Notes under the pieces: model-generated | Database searches by the model: none | What the model was told of the DNA's origin: nothing | The model's input: the letters and a program-made list of their open reading frames with translations, nothing else | Program-made: the position numbers and the translations under genes | In this document: in pieces, positions 1 through 10,435 of the stretch | Layout of the letters: every line of letters begins with the position of its first letter | Position numbering within the stretch: the stretch's first letter is position 1 | DNA from: Candidatus Eiseniibacteriota bacterium | Lineage (GTDB): Bacteria > Eisenbacteria > RBG-16-71-46 > JABDJR01 | Direction: 5' to 3' | DNA length: 64,000 nt | Assembly (NCBI GenBank): GCA_963762255.1 | Contig: CAVXKA010000001.1 | Coordinates: forward strand, 32,001-96,000

Positions 1-549
1 CCGCTGCCGCCCGGATGGTTCAACACCGACATCGTCCTGCACCTCGGCGTGCTCGACGCGTCCGGCGTGGGCACCGTCTACTCGCAGGTGAACGGCGGCG
101 TCTGGCTCCGCGGCGGGCCTCTGCGCTTCGACACGCGCGCCGACCACTCCCTGGACGGCTGGTACACCGTGAAGGCGTACAGCAAGGACGCCGCCGGCAA
201 CCAGGAGCCTACGGCACAGACGATCGAGTTCGGCATCGACACCCTGCCTCCTACGGCCGTCGCCGCGGCTCCCGCCGTGACGCGCCCGGGCCGGCCGGCG
301 ACGCTTCACTTCACAGTGCGCGATCGCGCGCCGGGGTCTGGTCAGGCGCGAGCGCGAATCGTCGTCTTCGACCGCCGCGGCCGGCGGGTCCTCCGGCTCG
401 CCGCGGCTCCGGTCGTCGTCGGCGCGCCGGCTACCCGGAGCTTCGTCTGCCACCTGTCGCCGGGACGCTACCGCTATCAGGTCATCGCGATCGACGGGGC
501 CGGCAACCGCAGCGTCCGGCCGGCCACGGACAGCCTGGTGGTCAGATGA
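1..549 (+). CDS. 3' part of a secreted protein with Ig-like (OmpL47-type) repeat and basic C-terminal Ig/FlgD-like domain (5'-truncated by window)
   Basis: Frame +1 is open from base 1 (PLPPGWFNTDIVL...). Motifs YSKDAAGNQE and DTLPP; C-terminal CHLSPGRYRYQVIAIDGAGN...LVVR*. Stop overlaps the next ATG (ATGA at 546-549). Confidence 0.7.
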   Translation, partial: PLPPGWFNTDIVLHLGVLDASGVGTVYSQVNGGVWLRGGPLRFDTRADHSLDGWYTVKAYSKDAAGNQEPTAQTIEFGIDTLPPTAVAAAPAVTRPGRPATLHFTVRDRAPGSGQARARIVVFDRRGRRVLRLAAAPVVVGAPATRSFVCHLSPGRYRYQVIAIDGAGNRSVRPATDSLVVR

Positions 550-3500
550 GCCGCGGCAAACGGACCTTTGCGCGGCCGCGGCCGGCGGCGGCGGTCGCGA
601 TCCTCGTCGTGCTGGTCTTCTTGCTCTGGTGCGGCGGAGCCCAGGCGTCCCCACCCAACTTCGTCTACGCCCCCGGAGGCGACGGCTGGTTCTGGCAGAA
701 CCCGATCTGGCCGGCGCCGAACGACTTCAGCTTCGTCGACCGTGACACCGGGTGGGCGGTAGGCAAGCACGGCGCCATCCTGCACAGCATCGACGGCGGG
801 TCGTCGTGGGGGACCCAGCGTTCCCCCGTCACCGCCGACCTGCTGGGGGTCGACTTCTCCTCGGCGCTCGCCGGGCTGGCGGTCGGCGCGAACGGCACGC
901 TCCTGCGCACCGGTGACGCCGGCGTGACGTGGACGGCCGGGAGCCTGCCGGGAGCCGGCGACCTCACGGCCGTCCTGGCGCGCACCGGTCTCGACGCCTG
1001 GGTGGTCGGCGCGAACGGCCTCATCGCCCGGACGAGCGATGGGGGCAGCACCTGGCACGAGCAGCCCTCCGGGACGAGCGTCACGCTGAGCGCGATCACG
1101 CTCGCACCCGACGCCTCACTCTGGGTCGCCGGAGCCACCGGCGTGATCCTGCGCAGCACCGACGGAGGCGCGTCGTGGTCGCGGCACGATGCTCCACTGC
1201 AGGAGGACCTGGTCGGCATCAGCTTCGGTAGCGGGGACACCGGCTGCGCGACGGGCGCCGAAGGAGCCATCTACTGGACCACCGACGCGGGCCTGACCTG
1301 GCGCATCATGCAGAGCAAGGGGGCAGCCTCGGCAGACGTGCTCTACTCAGCGGACTTCGTCGATCCGCTGCATGGTTGGGCCACGGGCGTCGGCGGGGAC
1401 GTGTTCCGCACGGACGACGGCGGCGCGACTTGGACCAAGCAGCCCACAGTGGCGAACATGCCCCTGCTGGATGTCACGATGATCGACGTACAGCAGGGAT
1501 GGGTGGTGGGACAGGGCCGCAACGTCCTGCACACGACCGACGGTGGCGGTACCTGGTCCCAGCAGTCGCTCCCGCCGGCCGTCACCAGCCTGTCCGGGAT
1601 CGCCGGCATCGACTCGTCGTCGGCCTGGGCCGTCGGCGCGCGACGGGATCATCATCCACACCTCCGACGGCGGCGTGACGTGGTCCCTGCAGCCGAAGTC
1701 GACGACGAAGGGTCTCACGGACGTCGCCTTCGTCGACGCGCAGCACGGCTGGGCGGTCGGCGACGGAGTCATCCTGGGGACAAGCAACGGCGGGCAGAGC
1801 TGGGGCGTCCAGTACACGGACAGCTACGTGACCCTTGCCTCCGTCTCCTTCGTGAACGCGCTCGAAGGCTGGGCCGTGGGCAGCAGCTGGAAGGCCGGCC
1901 ACCCGTACGTGCTCCACACGACGAACGGCGGGGCCACCTGGTCCGCGGCCGGCCAGTCGCTCCCCCACCTCGAATCGGTCACGTTCGCGGACGCCCAGCA
2001 CGGCTGGGCGGTCTGCGACGGGTTCTCCATAGACTCGGGACCGGCCAGCGCCGTGTACGCGACCAGCGACGGCGGCGTCACCTGGCAGGCCGGCGGCGTG
2101 GTCCCCGGGCTGCTGCAGGGCGTGACCTGCCTCGGCGCCGACCGGGTCTGGGCCGTCGGCGACGGTGGGACGCTCGAGTACTCGCCGGACGGGGGCGCTC
2201 ACTGGATGACCCGGACCGGTCACATCTCGCGACTCAATGACGTCTCCTTCTCCGGCCCGTCGACGGCGATCGCCGTCGGCGCCTCCGGCACGGTCATGCG
2301 CTCGTCGTCGGACGGGACCTTCTGGACGTCCGTGGGCCCGCCGACGAGGGGAGAGTTCTCCGAAGTCGAGCTCGCCGGCGCCGACGCGGGCTGGATCGGT
2401 GGAAGCGACGGCAGTCTGTATCGCAGCACGGACGGCGGCTCCTCGTGGTCGCTGGTCCCAGGGACGAAGCCGCTCGCCCTCGGCACGCTGCGCGCCGTCG
2501 CGTGCGTCGACGACCAGACGGCGTGGGCGACCGGATCGGACGGCACCGGGTCGATCGTCCACACGACCGACGGGGGCCACACCTGGGTGCGCCAGTACTC
2601 CGGGGAGCTGCACACCTCGGGCACGGGGTTCGAATGGCCCTCGGCCATCGCGTTCCCGACGGCGGACTCCGGCTGGGTGGTGGGGGACTCGGGGCTGATC
2701 CTCCACACCGGGGACGGCGGGCAGACCTGGTCGAAGCAGTCCTACGGCGACGACCGGCTGCAGAGCGTCGCGTTCGCAGACGACCACAACGGCTGGGCGG
2801 TCGGCAACTACGGAGCCATCCTCCACACCACCGACGGGGGCGCGACCTGGGTGAGGCAGACGGCGCCGACCGTGGCCGGCACGTCGCCGTGGTACTTCAG
2901 CGTCGCCTGCACCGACTCCGCCAACGCCTGGATCGTGGGCACCGGCGGCGCCATCATGCACACCAGTGACGGGGGAGCCAGCTGGCGACAGCAGACGTCC
3001 GGCATCGGCTGGGATCTGTACAGCGTGACGTTCACCGACGCCTCCACAGGCTGGGCGGTCGGCGACTGGTGGATCCTTCGCACCGTGGACGGCGGCCTGA
3101 CCTGGGAACGGCTGCAGCTGGACCCACCGGTGCGGCTCGCGAGCGTCAGCTTCGCGGATGCGCGCAATGGCTGGGCAGCCGGCGCGCAGGGAGTGCTGCT
3201 GCGCACCACCGACGGAGGGTCGACGTGGAAGGCGCAGGACACGGGGCTCGGCGCCGACACCGATCTGCGCGCGGTCACCGCGGCGAACACGTACACGGCC
3301 TGGGCCATCACGCCGAACCTGATCCTGCACTGCGGCGACAGCGGCCGTCCCACGGGAAGCGTGGACACGACCGACACCACCGCCCCCATCACGACGGCGG
3401 CGGGGATCCTCGACGGATGGAGCAGGACCGCGTTGGCGATCGACCTCGAGTCACATGACGGGGACGGCGTCGCCTACACGGAATGGCGCCTTGACGGCGG

Positions 3501-3924
3501 GGGCGCCGGCTGGACGGTGGGCAACCACGTCGTCGTGGACCGCCAGGGACGGACCATCCTCTCCTACCGCTCAGTCGACAACCGAGGGAACATCGAGGCC
3601 ACGCGGACGGCAGTGATCGACATCGACGGCCTGCCGCCGGCGACGGCCGCGAGCTCCGCTCTCCGCGTCCGCAGACTGGCGACGGCTACGTTCAAGGGCC
3701 GGCTGACCGACCCTGCCGCCCCCACCTGCGCCGTGCGCCTGCAGATCCGGCGAGCGGGCAAGATCGTGAGGACGGTGGATCTCGGCGCCAAGGCTCCGGG
3801 GACGATCGCCGTCCGTTGGCGCTGTCGTCTGGCGCGCGGCAAGTACACGTACCGCTTCCTGGCGACCGATCTTGCCGGTAACCCGCAGAGTACCGCTACC
3901 TCAAAGACGCTGACCATCCGCTGA
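546..3924 (+). CDS. Secreted Ycf48/BNR (Asp-box) repeat beta-propeller protein with C-terminal Ig-like domains; one frameshift at ~1640
   Basis: Signal peptide MSRGKRTFARPRPAAAVAILVVLVFLLWCGGAQA. Many GWAVG..G.ILHT.DGG.TW repeats continue from ORF 15..2240 into ORF 1543..3924. Confidence 0.85.
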
Positions 3925-3975
3925 CTTGCGCGAGATCGCTTCGCCCTCGCGCTCTCAGAGCGTAGACTGACGCCC

Positions 3976-4957
3976 ATGGCCGATCCGACTCGAAGGCATC
4001 CACTTCCTGGTCACCTACCGGTGCACCTACGCGTGCGACCACTGCTTCGTGTGGGGGTCGCCGGACGCCGAGGGGACGATGACGCTGGCGCAGCTCACGA
4101 GCGTCATCGACCAGGCCGCGGAGCTGGGGCTCGCCGACGTCTACTTCGAAGGCGGCGAGCCCACGCTCGCTTACCCCATCGTGCTCGCGGCGGCGAAGCA
4201 TGCCCGCGAGCGCGGCTTGGACGTCGGCATCGTCAGCAACTGCTTCTGGGCGACGTCCATCGCCGACGCAAAGATCTGGCTGGCGCCCCTCGCCGAGCTC
4301 GGCCTCGCCGACCTCTCGCTCTCGTCCTACGCCTACTTCGTCGAGGACGCGGACGAGGAACGCCTGCGCAACGCCGTCCTGGCTGCGCAGGACCTCGGTA
4401 TGCCGGTAGGTGTGCTCGAAGTGGGCGCACCCGCTGAGATCGGCGTTTCCGACGCCTGCTCCGGCGACGTCTGCGAGGTGATGCACAAGGGGCGCGCGGC
4501 CGTCGCGCTCGCGCCGGCCAAGGCCTCGCGGCCGCCCGAGACGCTCACCACCTGCCCCTTCGAGGACCTTGCCGACCCGGGCCGCGCCCACGTCGGCCCG
4601 GACGGAGAACTGCAGGTATGCCAGGGCATCAGCGCCGGCAACGTCTTCGCCGCAGGCGACGGGCCGCCGGCGCCCGACGACGTCGCGGCCCCGCGCGCAG
4701 GCGGCCTCGCCGCCGTGCTCGACGCGTACGACCCGCACACCCGCCCCGTCATCCGCGACATCCTCGCCGGCGGCCCCTGGGCCCTCGCCCAGGCCGTCGG
4801 CCACACGCCGGAGCGTCCCTTGTACGCCGACGAATGCCATCTGTGCTACGAAGTCCGTGCGGCGCTGCGCCGCGCCGGCCGCTTCCCCGAAGTGGTCGCG
4901 CCGGGCCAGTGCTACGCCGAGAACGAGCCCAAGGAGGGGGAAGACCATGGCGTCTGA
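3976..4957 (+). CDS. Radical SAM protein with C-terminal Cys-rich (SPASM/twitch-like) region; frameshift at ~3990
   Basis: In the frame of ORF 4049..4957 the upstream sequence reads GIHFLVTYRCTYACDHCFVWG (CxxxCxxC), then FEGGEP. C-terminal CP..., CQG and CHLC motifs. ATG 3976 is out of frame by one indel. Confidence 0.8.
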
Positions 4958-5387
4958 GTGCGAACGATTCTGGGACCGTGACAGCTACGCGATCGTCGGC
5001 CACGAGGGCAGCAAGAAGCCCTTCCCGAAGATCGCCTACGGGGCGCTCAAGGAGCGGGGCAAGACCGTCTACCCGGTCGACGAAGGCGGGGCCACGATCG
5101 ACGGCGACAAGTCGTATCCCGACTTCACAGCGCTGCCGGCCCCAGTCGAGGCGGCAGTGCTGGAGCTCCCCAAGGAGGAGACCGCCGCCTGGGTCGCCAG
5201 GGCGGCGGACGCCGGCGTCAAGGAGATCTGGATCCACCAGATGACCGACACACCCGAGGCGCTCGCCGAGGCCGAGAAGCGCGGCCTCAAGGTCATCACC
5301 GGCCACTGCGCGGTGATGTACAACAAGCCCGGCATGAGCATGCACGCGCCGCACCGCTGGATCTGGAAGCTCGTCGGCAAGTACTGA
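4947..5387 (+). CDS. CoA-binding domain protein (YccU-like)
   Basis: RBS AAGGAGG; YAIVG...K.VYPV...SYPDFTALPAPVE...WIHQ...GHCAVM fits the CoA_binding_2 pattern. Confidence 0.85.
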   Translation: MASECERFWDRDSYAIVGHEGSKKPFPKIAYGALKERGKTVYPVDEGGATIDGDKSYPDFTALPAPVEAAVLELPKEETAAWVARAADAGVKEIWIHQMTDTPEALAEAEKRGLKVITGHCAVMYNKPGMSMHAPHRWIWKLVGKY

Positions 5388-5519
5388 CGACCCACGATCG
5401 AACGCCGCCGCGCGCGATGGGGCGGGAGACCCATCCGTACATGGGCCTCCCGCCCGCGCCCGTACGGAACAAGGGCGGCGGACGCCTCCCGGCGCCCGCC
5501 GCCCTCAGGGGGACGAGGA

Positions 5520-5720
5520 TCAGCGCATCGTTTCGGGCGGCGTCGCCCGCTGCTTGGCCGGCAGGATCGCCACGATGATGAGGATCAGGATCGGGAAGAA
5601 GATGCAGAGGATGATCCAAAGGGCCCGGTTGAGATCCTTGCGGTCGACCATCCGCCACACGAGCCACAGGCAGATCACCCAGATGACGAACCAGATCGTC
5701 CCGTAGACTACCCAACTCAT
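5520..5720 (-). CDS. Small two-helix membrane protein (PLDc N-terminal-like)
   Basis: RBS GGAGG; 66 aa with two hydrophobic helices, ...RALWIILCIFFPILILII. Confidence 0.7.
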   Translation of the reverse strand: MSWVVYGTIWFVIWVICLWLVWRMVDRKDLNRALWIILCIFFPILILIIVAILPAKQRATPPETMR

Positions 5721-5920
5721 GTGATCGCCTCCTCCGAGTGCGGCCTCCGCCGATGGCGGCATGGCTGCTCACGGTGGGTCTACCCCCTCCGGGGGCAGAA
5801 TCCTTCGCGGCGAGACGTTGCCGTGACCGGAGCAGTGCGGGAAGACGCCGCCCGAGGCCTGCGCGACGTCTGCGCCGTCGCCGCCGTGCGGGGTGATGCG
5901 ATTCGGCGGCGAACGTCCAA

Positions 5921-5964
5921 GCGTACGTCCAGACACCCCATGGGGTGTTCAGGCGTACGCCTGA
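5921..5964. repeat. Nested palindromes (REP-like or operator-like)
   Basis: Perfect ACACCCCATGGGGTGT (5933-5948) flanked symmetrically by GCGTACG/CGTACGC (5921-5927, 5954-5960). A second perfect palindrome TCAGGCGTACGCCTGA lies at 5949-5964. Confidence 0.6.
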
Positions 5965-6125
5965 GCGTACCTGTGCCGACCGACTGCAGCTGGCGCCGTG
6001 CGAAACGCCCTTTGCCCTGCACACCCTTCGCAGGCGCGAACCAAGCGCCACGCGACCCAGGCCCGGAGGGACCTCAGTGTGAGGTGCTCCTGACGGCGCC
6101 CCTCACGTTGACTCCGCTGCGCCGG

Positions 6126-7798
6126 TCAATCGATCAGGCCGTCGGCGGCGGGGAGGTCCGGCGGCTGCGGAGGGATCTCGTCCTCGGGCAGGCCGCGGAC
6201 GTGCTCGAGGGCGCGCTCCGCGGCGGCCGCGCCCTCGCGCAGGCAGTCGCCGATGCCGATGCCGTGGTACGCGCCGCCGGCGAGCTCGATGCCCGGCACG
6301 CGGGCGACGGCGGCCTCGATGTGCCCGACGAGCTCGACGTGGCCGACGCGGTACTGCGGCATGCCGCGCGGCCAGCGGAAGATCTGCACGAACTCCGGCT
6401 CCGCCGAGATGCCCATGATCTCGCGCAGCTCGGCGCGGACCACGGCGGCCATCTCGTCGTCGTCCAGCTGGGCCGCCGCCTCGCGGCCGGCGCGGCCGAG
6501 GAAGCTGCGCAGCAGCACGTGGCCGTCGGGCGCGCGCCCGTCGAACTTGCTCGAGCTCCAGGTGGTCGCCATGACGGGGCGGTTCTCGGCGCGAGGCACG
6601 ACGAAGCCGAAGCCCTTGAGGTCGTGCCCCACCTGGTCGGCACGGTAGGCGACCGACGCCGTGGCCGTCGTCACGTACTCGATGGACGAGAGGTCGGCGG
6701 CGGCGAGCGGCGCGACCGGGCGCAGCAGGTCGCCGCTCGCCCACGCCGGAGTCGCGAGCACGACGGCGTCGGCCACCACGCGGGAGCCGTCGCTCAGCTG
6801 GAGCGCGAAGGCGCCCGACCCGGCGCGGGCGCCGCAGCCGGCGCCGCACTCGGCCATCGTCTTGACCCCGGTGCCGGGGTGCAGACGCTCGGCCGGCAGG
6901 GTCGCGACGATGGCGTCGCTCAGGTCCTGTAGCCCGCCCTTGAACGAGTAGAAGTAGGACTTCGGGCCGGGCGGCCTCTCGCCGGCGGTCGCGCCTGAGG
7001 CGCCACCCGGGGCGGCGGCGCCGGGGCCACGGCGCCGCCGCGCGCCGCCGCGGCCTTCTGGCGCGCCTTGCGGCGCTTCAGCATCGCGAGGATGAGGCTG
7101 CGGTGCTCGCGCTCCATGTCCAGGAACATCGGGAACGTCGCGCGCACGCTCATCTGCTCGGGGTCGCCGGCGTGGATGCCGGCGACGATGGGCTCGGCGA
7201 TGCGCGCCAGCGCCTCGTTGCCGAGCCGGCGGCGGACGAAGTCGCCGAGGCTCTCGTCGAGGGCCGAGCCGATGGCGCCCGTCGGCCCTCCGGTCGCCGC
7301 GCCGCCTCGCGGGAGCAGCAGGTCGAGGCCCATGCGGACCTTGCCCGGCCAGCTCATCAGGCCGCTCATCGCGAACGGGACCATGCGCGTCGGGACCATG
7401 AGGATGATGCCCTCGGGCAGCTCGTGCAGGCGTCCGCGGGTGTAGACGAAGCTCTTGCGGATGTCCTCGTTGCAGTCGAGGAACCGGTCGCCGATGCCGA
7501 CCTCGCGGGCGGCGGTGATCGGCCAGTGCTTCTCGATGATGGCCGAGTCCGGGCCGCCCTCGACGACGAACCCGTCCCTGCGGATGGTGTGGACCTTGCC
7601 GCCCAGGCGCGGGTCCTGCTCGTACAGCTGCCAGTCGACCGAGGGGTCCTGGGCGCGCGCCGCCTCGAGCACGCGCGCCGCGCCCAGCCCGGCCATGCCG
7701 CCGCCGACGACGACGATCCGGAAGGGCCGGTCCGCCGCGTCGCCGGCCTGCCCGGCCGCGCCGTTCGGGATCGCTCTGGAGTCGTCCACCGCCGTCAC
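6126..7798 (-). CDS. hemY: Protoporphyrinogen/coproporphyrinogen oxidase (HemY/CgoX family); frameshift at ~6990-7050
   Basis: IVVVGGGMAGL FAD motif, LGGKVHT...EGGPDS, IAEPIVAGIHAGDP, FYSFKGGLQDL, RWPRGMPQYRVGH, GIGIGDC. GTG start overlaps the hemH stop. Confidence 0.9.
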
Positions 7799-8761
7799 CG
7801 GTGAGAGTGCGGGCCGTCCGGCTGCTTCAGAGCCCGCTCGACCGGCCGGTGCGCGAGGTAGTCGGTGACGACGTCGGCCAGCGCCTCGATGAAGAACGGC
7901 GAGTCGTTGGGGGCGTGTGAGCGCCGGTACTCGATGCCGAGGTCCTCGATCTGCTGGCGGAGCACGATGTCGAGGTCGAAGAGCGTCTCGACGTTGTCGC
8001 TCACGAACCCGACCGGCACGACGAGGATCTTCTTCCAGCCTTCTTCGGCGAGGACGCGCACCGCGTCGTCGGCCTCCGGCTCCATCCACTCGCCGCCGCC
8101 GCGACCCTTGCTCTGGAAGCCGAAGCGCCAGTCGCCCGGCATGATCTGGGGGACCAGCTGGGAGATGGTCTGCTGCAGCTGGTCAACGTACGGGTCGCCC
8201 TCCTCGATCGTCTCGACCGGCACGCTGTGCGCCGTGAAGAGGACAGCCCACTCGCTCACGTCGCAGCCGTCGAGCGCCTCGGCGACGCGGCGGCTGATGG
8301 TCCGCACGAAGCCCTGGCTCGCGTACCAGCCCTCGAGGAGCGGGACGTCGCGGCCGCGACCGCCGGTGGTGGGGTCCTCGGCCGCGGCCAGCTGCGCGAG
8401 GTACTTGCCGCTGGTCAGCCGCGAAGCGAAGGGACTCATGGGCAGCGCGACGACCTCGTGCGCGTCCAGCGAGCGGACGCAGTCGACGACGCCAGGCTGC
8501 GTGTAGAGGAAGCCGTGGCGGACGCGGATGGGGAACGCCGAGCTCCTGGACGAGCTTGGCCTGGAGCGCGAGCGCCTGGCGCGCGGTGATGGCCGGGAGC
8601 GGCGAGGCGCCGCCGATGAGCGCGTAGCGCTCCTTGACGGCGGCGACCGTCCCCGGATCTGGCGTGCGCCCCATGAGCCGCTCCAGGAACGGCACGATCT
8701 GCTCGGGGCTCTCCGGCCCGCCGTAGGCGAGCAGGGCGACGTCGACGAGGCTCTCGGTCAT
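7795..8761 (-). CDS. hemH: Ferrochelatase (HemH/CpfC); frameshift at ~8530
   Basis: LLAYGGP, RYALIGGASPL, LFTAHSVP, GDPYVDQ, FQSKG, VPVGFVSDNVETLFDLD across ORFs 8183..8761 and 7795..8439. Confidence 0.9.
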
Positions 8762-8779
8762 GCGTTCATCCTCCGGAGC

Positions 8780-9814
8780 TCAGATCGGGGCGGCCGAGAG
8801 CCGGTGCACGGCGTCGACCAGGTACTTGACGTTGTCCGGCGGCACCTGCGGGATGAGGCCGTGGCCGAGGTTGAAGATGTGCCCTGGGCGGCCGCCGGCG
8901 CGGCGCAGCACGTCGGCCACGCGCTCTTCGATGGCCTTGGGCGGTCCGAGGAGCGTGATCGGGTCCAGGTTGCCCTGGATGGCCACATCGCCGAGCTGAT
9001 CCCAGGCGCGGTCGAGCTCGATGCGCCAGTCCACGCCGTAGACGTCGCTGCCGGCCTTGCCGACCAGGTCGAGCATGGCCGAGGCGCCGTTGCCGAAGTA
9101 GATGAGCGGCGCCCCCAGGCCCTTCACGTTGTCCACCACGTAGCGCACGTGCGGCAGCACCAGCAGCTCGTAGTCGAAGGGGCTCAGCCAGCCGACCCAG
9201 GAGTCGAAGAGCTGCACCACCTGTGCGCCTGCGGCGATCTGCGCCTTGAGGTAGTCGACGACGACCTCGGAGATGACGCTCATGAGGCGCCCGAAGGTCA
9301 CCGGGTCCTCGTACATGAGCTTCTTCACGTGCGCGTAGTTGCGCGAGTGGCCACCCTCGACGATGTAACTCGCGAGCGTGAACGGGGCGCCGGAGAAGCC
9401 GATGAGCGGGATGCCCGGGTCGAGCTCGTGGCGCACGAGCTTGATGGTGTCCATCACGTACTGCAGGTCGGCCGCGGCGTCGATGCCGTGGACGCCCTCC
9501 AGGTCGCGGGCGCCGCGGATGGGCCGCTCGATGACGGGCCCGTCGTCCTTGCTGAAGTGGAACCCGATCCCCATCGGCTCCAGCGGCAGCAGGATGTCGG
9601 CGAACACGATGGCCGCGTCCAGGTCGAAGCGGCGGAGCGGCTGCAGCGTGACCTCGGCCGCCACGTCCGGCCGCCGGCACATCTCCACGAAGCTCATCTT
9701 CTCGCGGATGGCGCGGTACTCGGGCAGGTAGCGGCCGGCCTGGCGCATGAGCCAGACGGGCGTCGCGTCGACGGGTTTGCGGGCGCAGGCATCGAGGAGG
9801 CGCATGGGCATCAC
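8780..9814 (-). CDS. hemE: Uroporphyrinogen decarboxylase
   Basis: PVWLMRQAGRYLPEY, AAIVFADIL, LIGFSGAPFTLASY, QGNLDP, HIFNLGHG. Confidence 0.97.
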   Translation of the reverse strand: MMPMRLLDACARKPVDATPVWLMRQAGRYLPEYRAIREKMSFVEMCRRPDVAAEVTLQPLRRFDLDAAIVFADILLPLEPMGIGFHFSKDDGPVIERPIRGARDLEGVHGIDAAADLQYVMDTIKLVRHELDPGIPLIGFSGAPFTLASYIVEGGHSRNYAHVKKLMYEDPVTFGRLMSVISEVVVDYLKAQIAAGAQVVQLFDSWVGWLSPFDYELLVLPHVRYVVDNVKGLGAPLIYFGNGASAMLDLVGKAGSDVYGVDWRIELDRAWDQLGDVAIQGNLDPITLLGPPKAIEERVADVLRRAGGRPGHIFNLGHGLIPQVPPDNVKYLVDAVHRLSAAPI

Positions 9815-9854
9815 CTGAGTAGATGGAACAGGCTTACAGGGACGGTGATTGTAG

Positions 9855-9879
9855 CAAACGGGAGCCCTTGGGCTCCCGT
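9855..9879 (-). terminator. Hairpin/terminator between the small Zn-finger gene and hemE
   Basis: Stem ACGGGAGCC/GGCTCCCGT with a 4-nt loop and a short U run on the minus strand. Confidence 0.5.
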
Positions 9880-9959
9880 CGACGGAGGGGACGCAGGCCG
9901 GCGCCGGTTCATTAGTCGCAGCATGCCAACTAACTGGCGGTGCACCGCAGGGTCACCGG

Positions 9960-10193
9960 CTACTCGGCCGGCCTGTATCCTTCGCCCAGCGCCGCCTTGC
10001 GGCACGTGTGGCACACCGTGATCATCTCGCAGCGCTGCGGCGAGACGACGTGGTAGCGAAGCGCCCTGGCGCTGAGCTTGGCGCCGCACAGACCGCAGTG
10101 GGCGCTGTCGATGGAGCGGACTGTGGCAGGTGGACTGGGCGCGACCGCGTCGCGACCATCCGACTGAGCCGGCATCGGGTGGACCTGGCCCAT
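9960..10193 (-). CDS. Small 77-aa putative zinc-finger protein
   Basis: Strong RBS GGAGGGAGGA; CGLC...CHTC pair of CxxC motifs. Confidence 0.65.
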   Translation of the reverse strand: MGQVHPMPAQSDGRDAVAPSPPATVRSIDSAHCGLCGAKLSARALRYHVVSPQRCEMITVCHTCRKAALGEGYRPAE

Positions 10194-10435
10194 GGAGTCC
10201 TCCCTCCGATGTGCTGCAGCTTCCGGGGCGGGGGCCGGCAAGCTCATGCAACGTACACACAACCTGCCCCAAATCGGCCGCGCGATAACGCTCCCGGGCA
10301 CCGTGCGGCCTAGCCGGCGTTGCCACCGGCAGCGACACTTCGTCCCGCCGGTCCGTGGCGTGCCGTACCCCAGTCACAGTAGGATGACGGCAGGGCACGC
10401 GGGCCTCCCCGGTCCGCACCAAGGAGGAGATGGGT

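Noticed and set aside
546-3924. Photosystem II assembly function for the Ycf48-like protein
   Set aside because: The repeat is a generic BNR/Asp-box propeller and there are no photosynthesis genes in the window.
3976-4957. Radical SAM as AhbD/HemN of the heme operon
   Set aside because: Opposite strand, separate transcript, short, and lacks recognisable AhbD or HemN features.
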